The position numbers and the translations under genes were made by a program. From assembly GCF_006345805.1 (NCBI RefSeq), contig NC_043006.1, forward strand, positions 18,476,001-18,540,000: a stretch of DNA of 64,000 nucleotides, read 5' to 3'. The notes below the pieces were generated by a model. It worked only from the letters and a program-made list of their open reading frames with translations, ran no database searches and was not told the origin of the DNA. The stretch comes from Octopus sinensis. Taxonomy: Eukaryota. Positions 11,800 through 25,282 of this stretch are shown here, in pieces (the first letter of the stretch is position 1; every line of letters begins with the position of its first letter).

Positions 11800-12003
11800 T
11801 ATCATAATACTATCTCATTGTATATTAATGATGGTAATATTGAAGTTAGTAACTCCAAGAATTGATGAAATACCTACTAAGTGAAGTGAGAAAGTATCTA
11901 GATCAACAGAGGGTCCTATATGGGCTAAATTTCTTGAAAGGGGTGGATATGCAGTTCATTTGGTACCTCTGCCTCTTTCTACTGCAGGTGATGATTGTAG
12001 TAG
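11800..12003 (-). pseudogene. cox1: Nuclear copy of mitochondrial cox1 fragment (NUMT)
   Basis: Minus frame under translation table 5 reads [63 protein letters not shown], matching COX1 [41 protein letters not shown]; TGA at Trp, AGA at Ser and ATA at Met positions. Confidence 0.92.
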
Positions 12004-12107
12004 TTAGTACTTGGAGTGTGTCAGTGAGTGTATTACTGCCAATGGAACTCCTTTCATAGTCTTGTGAACTTATCATTTCTGATCCTATGTTCTTATTCTA
12101 TCTCTTA

Positions 12108-12505
12108 CTAGCAGTATCGCCCGGCGTTGCTCGGGTTTGCAAGGGAAATAACTATATAAGCATTTTTAGAGAGTTATAGCCAAAAAATAGCAAAAAAATG
12201 CATTAAAAATGGAAAAAAAATGATGGTAATTTTTTTTTAAATCGTTGACTCATCGTAGACATTTTTAGAGAGTTACTTCCCTTATATAATAGCGAAAAAA
12301 ATGCATTAAAATGGAAAAAAATGATGGTAATTTTTTTTTTAAACCGTAGACTCATCGTAGACGTGCGCTAATACCCAGAAGGGCTCGATATGAATCACGA
12401 CTATAAGATACCCAGTTTTGGTTAAACTGCACCGCAAAATGTGGGAGTAGTTAGGAATCTAAATCATAGGAGACAGACACGCAACTTCTCTTTTATATAC
12501 AAAGA
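12108..12505 (-). mobile_element. Non-autonomous Helitron
   Basis: Minus 5' TC... and 3' hairpin CCCGAGCAACGCCGGG then CGATACTGCTAG; inserted between A and T, no TSD; matches 29848-30297 and 46988-47384. Confidence 0.88.
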
Positions 12506-12689
12506 TATTCACCTCGTACATTGAGGCCCAGCTGGCAAAACCATGTATCTTCTTTTCTGCGAGACACCTGTTTATGTCTCTGCATCATACTTTCACCACC
12601 TTCAAATCTACACCCCCCATCTTAGATGAGAGAGTTTTGACTTGTGAGCCACTTGTAAACCTCACCAGTGTTGGTACCATGCAAGAAAA

Positions 12690-12830
12690 GCAGCCAGTAC
12701 ACTCTGTAAAGTGATTGGCATTATGAGGATCATCCAGCCGTAGAACCCATGCCAAAGCTGACACTGGAGCACAGCACCGTCTGATGAATCAACAGACACA
12801 TGCCAACGTGGAAAACAAACATTAAACGAT
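12690..12830 (+). mobile_element. Family D fragment, degenerate
   Basis: GTGATTGGCATTATGAGGATCATCCAGCCGTAGAA...ACATTAAACGATG. Confidence 0.6.
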
Positions 12831-12965
12831 GGTGGTAGTGGTAGTGGTGGTGGTGGTGGTAGCTGGTGGCAGTGGCAGCGGTGGCAGTGGTGGAGTTGTT
12901 GGTGATAGTGATGGTTGTAGTGATGGTGTTGGTAGTGGTGGTGGTAGGCAGGTGGGGGATGATGT

Positions 12966-12996
<31 letters not shown>

Positions 12997-14464
12997 CTAG
13001 TATGTTAGTGTATTCATTAGCTGTGCAATCATGTAGCATGTTATCAATACCTCCAATAGTTAGACTATTTTCTGGCTATGAAAGTGAAAGTAGAATTAAC
13101 TAACTATATTAAACATGTGAGGGTATTTTTTTGTTTTTTTTTTGACTCCCTAACTGTAATGTTAAAAGGAAAGATAAATCCATTTGTTTAAATTTCAAAA
13201 CTTGGAAAGAAGATGGTTGGAAGGCAGGCACTTGATTTATGCCTTATGTCTGGAACTCACTCAATTTATTTTGAAAGGGTTAAGAAAATAGTTGAAGTCA
13301 AAGTCTGTTGTTGCAGACGTTTGGCAATAATTTTATTTTTGCTTCTTTGCTTTTCTTTTTGTTTTGTTTTTACATAATAAGGAATCCTATTTTTCAGTTA
13401 TCATTGCTTTATTGCATTTTAATTATTTACCTGAATACTGAGTAATGAGAATGAAGCTTTCTTGCTTTTTTTTTTATGAAAGTTATTACTTTTCTTAAAA
13501 GTTGAACCAACAATTTTAAAATTTTCTTCCTGCATGTCATAGAAATCATTAGAAATATTATCAAAGTGATTTATGTGCATCGTGCTTAGCTTTGAACTAA
13601 AATATACTGAAGTTCTACTGAAATTTGCTTTAGTATTTTCACTTGCTGATTTAGCAACATTTGTTCTGGAACAGACAGTCAAAGAAATAATAAGAATAAA
13701 CACAAGACTAACACAGGAATATGAACCATATGCAGAAACGATGGGGCTCCAGCATGGCTGTAACTGTTTGCTCCAAATTAAATAAGTAGATAAAAGAGCA
13801 GAATTTGTATGCATGCTTGCATCACTCATACAAAATACTCAAGGAAATTTACAAACATTTATGCATACAAACACGAACAGTCACATTGATACACTCACAC
13901 ACACACACACAAGTATATACATATACACACGTGCATACAGAAACATATAGGTGTGCACACACATTTACATGCATATACCTACACACTACAGACACGTATG
14001 GTTGTGTGGTAAAAAAGTTTGCTTCACAGACTTGTTTTTTGGGGTTCAGCCTCACTGTGTGGGACCTTGTGCAAGTGTCTTCTAGTGGAGCTTGCATCTA
14101 ACCAAAATGTTGTGAGTAGATTTGTTGGATGGAAACTGAAAGAAGCTGGTTGTGTATGTATATATATTTGCTTTTCGCGGGAAGGAATTTTTCTTCGAAG
14201 TATACGTCTCGCTTTTATCCTTCGAAACGTTTAGTAGATGAAATCTTAGCGACTGAAGAAGGGGTTTTTTCGTTGTGCTTATTGTCCTGTATCTCTCTCT
14301 TTTTTTTTTTTTGCTTGTCTTGTTCCTTGGTTTGTGTCTATGTGTTTCGTCTCTCTGTGTTCGACGTCTTTTTGGTGTCCTGTACACATATATGCGTGTA
14401 TATGTACATGTAGAGGTAGGTACGTACATATATGTTTATATATATGCATATGTTCTATTTTATT

Positions 14465-14513
<49 letters not shown>

Positions 14514-14548
14514 TTTCTCTCCTTCTTTCTGTGTTTTTTCTCTGTGTA

Positions 14549-14586
14549 TCTTTCTGTTGAAGAGCGTAGGCTCGAAACGTTAAAGA
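14549..14586 (+). ncRNA. Minimal type I hammerhead with U at core position 6
   Basis: TCTTT-CTGTTGA-A-GAGC gtag GCTC-GAAA-CG-TT-AAAGA; same family as 9793-9828, in a (TA)n-bounded element ~14515-14710. Confidence 0.6.
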
Positions 14587-14777
14587 CTTGTTTTATTTAT
14601 ATTTCCTGAGCGCCATACAAATACAATTGTTTGTTTGTATTCCACCTGCCTTCGTCTTTTGTTTATTTCCATAAACCTGCCTTCGTCTTTTGTCTATTTT
14701 CATAAAGCTTCCCGTTATATATATGTATATATATATATGTATATATATATATGTATGTATATATATATGGCATGGGT

Positions 14778-14935
14778 AGGCACGGGCATGGCTGTGTGGT
14801 TAGGGAGCTTGCTTCCTAGCTACATGGTTTTGGGTTCAGTCCCACCGTGTGGCACTTTGGGTAAGTGTCTTCTGCTATAGCCCTGGGCCAACCAAAGCTT
14901 TGTGACTGAATTTGGTAGGCAGAAGTTACTGCTGT
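14778..14935 (+). mobile_element. SINE family C 5' half
   Basis: GGCTGTGTGGTTAGG...GGGTTCAGTCCCACCGTGTGGCACTTTGGGTAAGTGTCTTCT. Confidence 0.75.
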
Positions 14936-15005
14936 GTGTGTATATGTATGTGTAGGTACTTGTACCTCTCCGAGAGAGAGAGAGAGAGATACATGTATGT
15001 GTGTA

Positions 15006-15037
<32 letters not shown>

Positions 15038-15485
15038 CATGATTTTGTATCTTTTTGTCTTGGCATTGTGCAATAGTTTATTTTTACCCTTTAACATTAT
15101 TTTGTCAAAAGTTATGCGTATTTATTCACCTTGTTTTGAATTAATCATGTATTATCTGGTAGCTATGAGATAAACGTCAATATTTTAGAATGACATTGGA
15201 GATTTGGTGTGAGAAGCCAGATGTGGCCACTTTTGAACATAAAACAAGTAGAATATTCTGGCTAGATTGCTAAATACTTAAGTGATACTTTCATACAAAC
15301 AATGTCATTTACAAAGCCGTGTCTTCCATGAAAACCCTGTCTATCCAAATGGGAATATTACCTTATTTGGAAACAGGTTAAGCGTTGGACAACAGGAAGG
15401 GCATCTACCATAGAGAATCTGCCTTGCTGAATTTTGTCTGACCCATGGAAGATTTGAAAAATGGATATTAAAATGTTAATTATGA

Positions 15486-15503
15486 TGTGTGAGAGAGAGA
15501 GAG

Positions 15504-15595
<92 letters not shown>
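15486..15595 (+). repeat. (GA)n(GT)n compound microsatellite
   Basis: Direct reading. Confidence 0.95.
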
Positions 15596-15596
<1 letters not shown>

Positions 15597-16309
15597 GTGT
15601 GTGTGCTAGTTTACATCTGAGTCTTTGAAGACTTATGAAGTAAAGAATGCCCTTAGCAGAAAAACATAAAATTTTAAGAGGTCTTGGGGGGACATCCAAC
15701 TTTGAAATCAATGCCCCTAGCGATATATTTGTCTGACATATGCTGACACAGAAAACCAGGCTGTGAAAAACAACAAACATAATAAAAAAAAATAAAAAAA
15801 AAGAAAAAAAAAAGAAAACGCATGTACTCATAGTTGCATAGTTGCAAGATATTTATTATAGCAACAAATACTGAAAAAGAAAAAAAAAAATTAAGGAAAT
15901 TAGATAAAAGATGACACTAATTTTGAAATTGGCAAAGCTCCAGGAGAACTGTAACTACAGGACCTGCACAAGTAAATGAATTAAATGCTAAACTGATTTC
16001 TCTTCTATATCGTTAATTTGATTTCGAAGTTCATAATTTTCATTCTGTTCAAAATTTTACTTCTTTATTTTAGTATCAAAGACTTTTTTTTCCTTAATTC
16101 CATTATAAATTATTTTCTTGCTTTGTTTTTCCATTATTTCTTTTCTTTTCATATTTTCATTTTGTTTTCTTCTTCTTCTTTTTTCTTCTCTTCCGCAGAA
16201 ACATTTCCCTCCCACCAAAATTATTTTCACCTTAATACAAGCTGTACAACTTTAACTCTCAACGAAGGTTTAATAACGTAATTTAATTAATAAACGATGC
16301 TGAAATGAT

Positions 16310-16700
16310 CAAATGTTGTTGTTGTTCTTATTGATAATGATGTCCTCATTTTTGTTGATGATGGTGTTGCTATTGTTGTTGCAGTTGTCTCGGTGTTGAT
16401 TTTGTTATTATTTTTACTGTTGTTGTTGGTTTTGCTGGTTTTGTTATTGTTCCTGCTGGTGGTATTGATATTGCTGTTGTTGTTGTTATTGTCGTGAAGC
16501 AGTTATTAGTTTTGTTGTTGCGGTTGTTGTTATTGTTGCTTTTCTTGATACCATCATTAGTTTTGTTGTTGTTGTTGTTGTTATTTTTGTTATTGTTTTT
16601 TTTGCAGCTGTGATTGTTGTTATTTTTATTATTGCTGCAGCTCTTGTTGTTGTTGTTGTTGTTGCCGTTTTGATGTTGATTTTGTTGCTTTTGCTGTTGT
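16310..16700 (+). repeat. Cryptic (GTT/ATT)n tract
   Basis: Direct reading. Confidence 0.9.
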
Positions 16701-16889
16701 TAGTATATATGCTGAAGACACAAGTACAAGGTTACAGTCATTGTGTTAAAATTTATTATACACATGCACAAACACATACATACATACATATAAATAAATA
16801 AATAAATGGAGTTAAACGCAGGTGTTATACAAATTCTTTTACTTCCAACATATGTTTCGAAGACAACATTGATATTATTCCAAAAGGAA

Positions 16890-18330
16890 TAAATAGTGTA
16901 AAACGTTTTAGTAAGAATGAAAAAGAGATAGATTCCTTAATACAGACTGTAAGACTCTTCACCAAAGATACAGGCATGGAATTTGGCATGGATAAATGTG
17001 AAATATTAGTCAATAGAAGGGGATAGGTAGTCAACAGCGAAGGCATCCAATTACCAGATGGCCAGACATTAATATCATTGAAAGAATTGGAGAGTTATAA
17101 GAATCGAGAATCTGACAGAGTACTAATTATAGAAATAAAAACGAGATGGAGTACATCAGAAGGGTGGGAAGCTAATGAAGTCAAAGCTAAATGGCCCGAA
17201 TCTAGTGAAGGCAGTAAATATTTGGGTAGTATCAGCAACTTTTGTAGATTGAACAAAAACTGAACTAGCAAAGTTAGACAAGGAACAGGAAGGAATTCAA
17301 TATGAATAGAGGACTCCACTGAAGGACATGAGTAGCAAGATTATGCTTACCCAAAAAGGAAGGCAGAAGAGGATTAATATCAGTAGAAGCCTGCTTTGAG
17401 TTAGTTAGAGTAGATATAGACTCCTACGTAGATAATAGTGAAGAAAATTCATTAAAAGCTGCTACAGTCACAGCAAAACATAGGGAGACAAAAACCCAAA
17501 CGAAGTTAAAAACCAGAAAAAAGAACAGAAATTATCTGCCTGGCAGGAGTAGGCATTGCATGGTAGATTCCCAAACATAGTAGCAGCAAATAGTAGTAGT
17601 GAGACAAAGTTATGGTTGCAGAAAGGAAAGCTGGAAAGGGAAAGAGTTTGTTAGTAGCAGCACAAAATCAAGCATTAAGGACTAATTGGATAAAAACCAA
17701 GATAGACAAAAACCAAGTAGATTTCCAATGCAGGTTATGCAAATTGAAAAAGGAAAGCGTTACTCATATAGTAAGTGAATGTAGCATGCTGGCACAGAAA
17801 AAATACAAGAAAAGACATGACAACCAAGGGAGAGTAATTCACAGGCACTTATGTAGAAAGCTAAGATTTGAACATATTGATGAATGGTATGAACATGAAC
17901 CTAGTAAAGAGCTAGAAAGTAAGAAATACAAGATGTTGTGGGACTGATAAAGTAATGGAAGCCAGAAGGCCTGATTTAGTAGCAGTAGATAAAGAGAATA
18001 GGAAATGCCATATAATTGACTTTACACTCCCAAATGATGAAAAAATCATTATGAAAAGTATAGAAAAATATAGCAAAGTACCAGGACCTAGCCATTAAAT
18101 TACAGAGACTATAGAAAGTGCAGGTAAAATGTCTTCCAGTTGCTATAGGTGCATTGGGAACTATCCCTAAGGACATATGGATAGAGGAAATAAGCATAAA
18201 ACCCAGTTTAGTACAGCTCCAGAAAACGGTGTTATTAGGAACAGCTAGGATACTAAGGTGGGTTCTTGGCATCTAAGGTTACTTGTTGTAGCGACAATTT
18301 TCTCTATGAAGGCCTTTTTTAGTCTATCCT
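16890..18330 (+). mobile_element. R4/Dong-type non-LTR retrotransposon relic (RT end, CCHC, restriction-like endonuclease)
   Basis: Broken frames: SLIQTVRLFTKDTGMEFGMDKC; LLVAAQNQALRTNW; CRLCKLKKESVTHIVSEC; KRHDNQGRVIH; MLWD; RRPDLVAVD; IGALGTIP; QKTVLLGTARIL. Confidence 0.92.
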
Positions 18331-19004
18331 CTGATGTAGTTCCTTTACGACCATTAAGGTCTATAGTGAAAAATGTACCCGTGCGTCAAAGAAAACGGAA
18401 AGGCCTGCATACGGTGCTGTTAACGGAGGTTCAACAACATCGTTGCGCACAAAAGCATGAGTCCAAGAAGTAAAGCTTCCTTCAAGGCAGAGCTTGAAAT
18501 GCAATTCTCATGTAGGTAGGAGTTTTTAAACAGGAGCGATATATTCAAAATTGATAAAACTAAAAATTGTTGGAGAGAAATTAAATTTATTATTGTTACT
18601 GAATATGTTAGTGTTATTTAATTTCTGAACAGTTTTGCTGCCGTTTGTATATGTAGGTTAATTTCTTTATCCCTCAGTTTCTTTTAAGATAAAGGTGCGA
18701 GTAAAATTAATAATAGAAAGCACGAGCGTGCTTTCAAGGGAGATAATCAGAAAAGGACTTGAAAGTCAACGAAAGATCGTAATACTTCATGTAAAGTAAT
18801 ATAAATATAACAAATAATTCAGAATCCTTGCCTGGTACCAGATCGATCCCAAAATCTAATCAGTTCGTGCCAGTCACGTGGCCAAACAGCCCTGAAAGTT
18901 TCATCCGAATCCATCCAGCAGTTCTTGAGATATCTTTACCACGGACAAACAAATAAGTACGACTGAAAACAAAACCACCACCTTCGCTAAAGCAGAAGTA
19001 ATAA

Positions 19005-19218
19005 CCCTTTCGACTACAGGCACAAGGTTTGGAACTTCTGGGGAGGGGGCCAGACGATTAGTTCGACCTCAGTACACAACTGGTACTTAATTCATCGACT
19101 CCGAAAGATTGAAAAGCAAAGTTGACTAGGGTGAAATTTGAACTCAGAACGTAGCGATAGATGAAATACCGCTAAGCATTTTGCCCGGCGTGCTAACGAT
19201 TCTACCAGCTCGCCGCCT
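19005..19218 (-). mobile_element. SINE family B2
   Basis: Head and core match family B on minus. Confidence 0.8.
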
Positions 19219-19297
19219 AAATAATAATAATGACAATAATGATATTATTTTAAAAGGATTGACATAACTCTTCACATTGATAAATAAACAATACGAA

Positions 19298-21610
19298 GAG
19301 CGCGATGTTAATGCCATAGATGTTTTATTAGTTGAACGATATTTCGACAGCTAACTTGTCTTTGTCGAGTTCTAAATGAAAAATGATACATAGAAATTCA
19401 AAATTACAAAAATTCAAATCCAAAATTCGAAGGAGGCAACCAGACACCCACCCACTGTTGATAGAATAACCTCATCAGTCTTCAATTTGCAAGTTAACAA
19501 ATGGCAAAAAAAGAAAGAAAGAAAGAGAACAAGTGAAAAGAAAAGACAAAAAGAAAAGGAAAAACAAGAAAAATATTCTCCTGTCATTTTATTCATTCCT
19601 CCAGGGCCTGATGTTAATAACTCGCAGCCATATTTCCCCTCATGAAATTTGAGTACTGAAAGTGTAGCAGATTCAGAATATTTTCTGAGAATATGCACTT
19701 TCAAGTCTTTTTCAAAATTGCCGCTGTTTGATGTATAAAATATTCGGCAAGTTCTGTCGAACTACAGTTATTGTGTCTGATGTCACATCTGTGCTCATTG
19801 AATCTTTTGTTTAATTGTTCTGTTGTACAGCCAACATAAATCAAGTTGTATTTCGTGCATTCTGCTGCGACCATCAAATGGGAATCTCTATAAATTCCAC
19901 CTTCCGTGTAAATCATAATATTTCTGTTATGATTCCTGATGGAATTCACTTGACGCATGTTGTTACACAATGAACAGTGCTTACCTCTCTTGCGGCTATT
20001 TTTTAATGTATAACGTGTAGAAATTGAAGTGTTAGTTTTCTTAGAGTCAGAATTATATTTTTATTTCATCTAAAAGCTACAATAGGTGGTTGACGAAATA
20101 CATGTTTGAAACGAGGATATTTTCCGCAACATGCTGGTAACTTTTATGTAACACTTTTGAAATTCCAGCGAAATTTCGGTGCCAATTATTCACTAAAGAA
20201 ATTCTGTCGCATATTGTAGATTGTTTGCTAAAGTTATGTTGGGAAGTTTGACTTTCTTTGCTAATCTTAGCTATGTCATTTGCTATTTCCTTTAATTGTG
20301 ATTCACTGTAACCGCATTTGACATAATGGCGTGCAAAAGCATTTACATGTTTCCAGTAATCCTTTATGTCAGTACTGAGGTTTGACTGAATTATATGATG
20401 TGGATGATCGGAGCGGCGAAGGAGGTAAATGTGAGATGCATCCACATCATATAAGTCGGTCAAACTCCAAATCCCAATTTTTTAGGATAAACCGGATTTG
20501 TACTGGCATAAGGGATTACTGGAAACATGCAAATGCTTTGGTATACCATTATGTCAAAAACGGTTACAATGAATCATAATTAAAGGAAATAGCGAATGAC
20601 ATAGCTAAGACTTGCAAAGAAAGTCAATTTCCACGCATAATTTTAGCAAAGAAACTACAATATGTGATAGAATTTCTTTAGTGAATAACTGGCACCGAAA
20701 TTTCGCTGGCATTTCAAAAGTGTTACATAAAAGTTACCAGCATGTTGCGGAAAATATCCTCGTTTCAAACATATATTTCATCAACCACCTATTATAGCTT
20801 TTAGACGAATCAAAAATATAAGAGAACTGTTAACCACTAATTCTGACTCCAAGAAAACTAACATTGGAACTTTTACTCGCTGTACTTTGAAAAACAGCCA
20901 TAAGAGAGGTAAGCCCTGTTCATTGTGCAACAACATGCGTCAAGTGAATTCCAACAGGAAACATAACAGAAATATTATGAATTACACGGAAGGTGGGACG
21001 TGTTGAAATTTTCGTATGATGTACGCAGCAGAATGAACGAAACACTACTTGATTTATATTGGTTGTACAACAGAACAATTAAACAAAAGATTCAATGGGC
21101 ACAAATATGACATCAGGCTCAATAACAGTAGTTCAACAGAACATGCTGAACATTTTCTTCAAACGGTTGCAATTTTGAAGAAGACTTGAAAGTGCATACT
21201 CTCAGAAAATATTCTGAATCTGCTACACTTTCAATGCTCAAAATTCATGAAGAGAAATATGTTTGCGAGTTATTAATATCACGCCCTGGAGGAATTAGTA
21301 AAATGATAGGAGAATTTCATCATATTTACACACAACTATCTGGTTAAATATTCTTTTTTCTTTTTCATTTCTTTTCATTTTTTTCTCTTTTTTCTTCTTC
21401 TTTTTGCTAGCTGTAAACTTGAAAATTGTATACTGATGACGTCATTCCATCAACATGGTGAGGCTGGATGCCATGGTTTCTATTTTGGATTTGAATTTTT
21501 ATAATTTTGAATTTCTGTGTATCGCTTTTCATTTAGAACTCTACAAAGATAGATTAGCTGTCGAAATATCATTCAATCAATAAAATATTTATTGCAATCA
21601 TATCGCGCTC
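19298..21610. mobile_element. Penelope-like GIY-YIG fragment present as a head-to-head inverted duplication
   Basis: Left arm (minus) and right arm (plus) both encode CSLCNNMRQ...LIY(V/I)GCTTEQLNKRFN.H..DIR, meet at a 32-bp spacer (20407-20438), and end in the same ...ATCGCGCTC. Confidence 0.85.
19334..19372 (-). ncRNA. Minimal hammerhead-like fold, U3-A8 core with C4
   Basis: Minus: GAAC-TCGACAA-A-GACA agttagc TGTC-GAAA-TA-TC-GTTC; stems perfect; counterpart in the right arm (~21536-21574) is more decayed. Confidence 0.5.
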
Positions 21611-21612
21611 TC

Positions 21613-21619
21613 AATAATC

Positions 21620-21664
<45 letters not shown>

Positions 21665-21682
21665 GCAATAACAATAAAAAAA

Positions 21683-21737
<55 letters not shown>

Positions 21738-21756
21738 TAATAGCAATAACAATAAA

Positions 21757-21799
<43 letters not shown>

Positions 21800-21825
21800 T
21801 TAATAATAATAATAATAATAATAAA
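21613..21825 (+). repeat. (AAT)n tract
   Basis: Direct reading; lies between the Penelope palindrome and an R4/Dong relic. Confidence 0.95.
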
Positions 21826-23239
21826 TTTTTCCTTTTCTGCTTGGCACTGTCACCTCTATCTGAAATGCTAAATAGAACTGGATGCGGATATAAATGTTAC
21901 GGCAAAATGATCAGCCACCTTTTATATATGGATGACCTAAAACTATACGCTGCAAATGACAAACAGCTGGAAACACTATTAAAGACAGTTCATGGATTTA
22001 CCAAAGAAATAGATATGAAATTTGGATTAGAAAAATGCGCCAAAATAACCATGAAAAGAGGAAAACTAGTTAAGAGTAGCAACATCACACTAGATAAAAC
22101 CAATGAAATAAAAGAATTAGACTAAAGCCAAACTTACAAATACTTAGGAATCCATGATAAGACACAACACACAAATGAAAGAGAAAATAAAAAAAAATAT
22201 TATAGACGAGTTAGATCAATACTAAAAACAGAGCTCAATCCTAAAAACAAGAAATCATACCACCTAAAAATATGAAGAAGAAGAAGAAGAAGAAGAAGAA
22301 GAAGAAGAAGAAGAAGAAGAAGAAGAAGAAGAAGAAGAAGAAGAAGATGAAAAAACAACAAAAGCTATAAAACAAATGAAATCCAAACTAAAACTAGAAC
22401 GGCAAAGAACCATGATGAAACGATGGCAAGAAAAGCCCCTTCATGGCAAATTCTGGATTAAACTAAACAGAAAAGAAATAGACAAAGTAAAATCCCAGCA
22501 ATGGTTGAAAAGCTCAGGACTCAAAGCAGAGACAGAGGGATTTTTAATTGCAGCACAAGACCAAAGCCTCCCCATCAGAAATTACCAAAAACATGTAATG
22601 AAAAGAAATATAACAAGTAACTGCAGAATATGTGGAGATGGACAAGAAACAATATATCATATTATCTCTGGCTGCCCAGTCCTGGCTAAGAAGGAATATA
22701 TTCACAGACATGACAGAGTTGGGACCTACATACACTGGAAGCTATGTCAACATTATGGAATAACAACAGAAAAAAGATGGTATAGGCACACACCAGAAAA
22801 AGTCACAGAAAACGAGAAAGCAACCATACTCTGGGATATGCCGATACACACAGATAGAGAAATTAAGGCCAACAGACCAGATATAGTTGTCAGAGATCAT
22901 GAAGAAAAAAATGCTTTCTAATTGATGTATCAGTACCAACGTGTCTCTAAAAGAAATGGAGAAACTTTCAAAATACAAAGACCTGGAAATAAAGGTTACC
23001 AGAATGTGGAATCTAAAAACAGAAACAATTCCTATCATAGTAGGTGCATTAGGCATGATAAAAAATATTCAGACAAATACATAACAAAAACACCAGGACT
23101 TACAAACACATATAACATACAGAAAATTGCACTACTAGGCATTACACACATCCTACGCAGAACACTTTCCATACAATACAAGGCACACAGAGCTGCGCTC
23201 GGTAGTGAAGTGAAAGCACGCTATAAAAATAAAACTATG

Positions 23240-23240
<1 letters not shown>
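21826..23240 (+). mobile_element. R4/Dong-type LINE, 5'-truncated, frameshifted
   Basis: ISHLLYMDDLKLY (RT catalytic), MKFGLEKC, LIAAQDQSL, CRICGDGQETIYHIISGC, RHDRV, ILWD, RPDIVV, IQKIALLGITHILRRTL; an (AAG)n at 22273-22347 replaces part of the ORF; (AAT)n on both sides. Confidence 0.95.
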
Positions 23241-23302
<62 letters not shown>

Positions 23303-23333
23303 TAATAATAACAATAATAATAATAATGATAAT

Positions 23334-23365
<32 letters not shown>

Positions 23366-23367
<2 letters not shown>

Positions 23368-23909
23368 CTCTGATGCAGTACCAGGCAATGGCATCTGATC
23401 TTAATTGATTGGAAGTGTTATCATGTACATTGTTTTGTCTTGGTATAAAAGATGGGCTACAGCAAATATTCTGCTCAATGCACAGATTTGCTTGTCAGTT
23501 GTTTAACCATAACCAGTTGAGTATGTTCCTTAGTGGCTGACGATATGTGCGTCTCTGATCACGAGCAGAAGTAGTGGGGAGCATCATAGCCATGTGTTGA
23601 GAGGGATTCTTTGGGGTTTGAATAATTCGCCTCTGGAAACAGGGGTGTTTCGTTCAGCATCCTTAAACAACCCTTATTCAGGGACCTTTTGAGCAGGATG
23701 GGTTACTCGACCAGAAGAAAATTCTAAGTGGGCCCCACCTGCAAGGTCATGTGCTGTTTATCTTGATATGAGATCACCATGTTGTACACATATGGTTGTG
23801 ATGCATGTGCCTGGTGTACCCTTATCAGACAGGTAGTCATGATGGGTATACTGGGCTTCGTATATTTTACCCCAGTGTTACTTTGATGGCAAGCACTGCT
23901 CTCTCACTC

Positions 23910-23910
<1 letters not shown>
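23366..23910 (+). mobile_element. Family E element
   Basis: Matches 2031-2589; (AAT)n on both sides. Confidence 0.88.
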
Positions 23911-23974
<64 letters not shown>

Positions 23975-24170
23975 CCTTTCTTCTATAGGCACAAGCCTAA
24001 AATTTGGTAGAGGGGCCAGTTGATTAGATCGACCCCCAACACGCGCAATTAGTAATTAAATTATCGACCCTGAAAGGATGGAAGGTAAAGTCGACCTTGG
24101 CGGAATTTGAACTCAGAACATAGTGACTGACGAAATGCCACTAAGCATTTTGCCCAGCAAGCCAACAACT
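23975..24170 (-). mobile_element. SINE family B2
   Basis: AAAGTCGACCTTGGCGGAATTTGAACTCAGAAC on plus. Confidence 0.75.
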
Positions 24171-24207
24171 GCCTTATTATTTTTATTGTTGTTGTTATTA
24201 CTATTAT

Positions 24208-25200
<993 letters not shown>

Positions 25201-25282
25201 CACACATTTAATCTACTTAGGACAGACATCTATGCTTAGAGCCTTACCCAGAGTAAGAGCAGTATAGGTGTGGTTGATACAA

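Noticed and set aside
13419-13829. 136-aa minus ORF with a hydrophobic stretch; also a possible terminal exon EQMLLNQQVKILKQISVELQYILVQS*
   Set aside because: No family recognised; the 5' part overlaps a SINE C-like relic (CCATGCTGGAGC).
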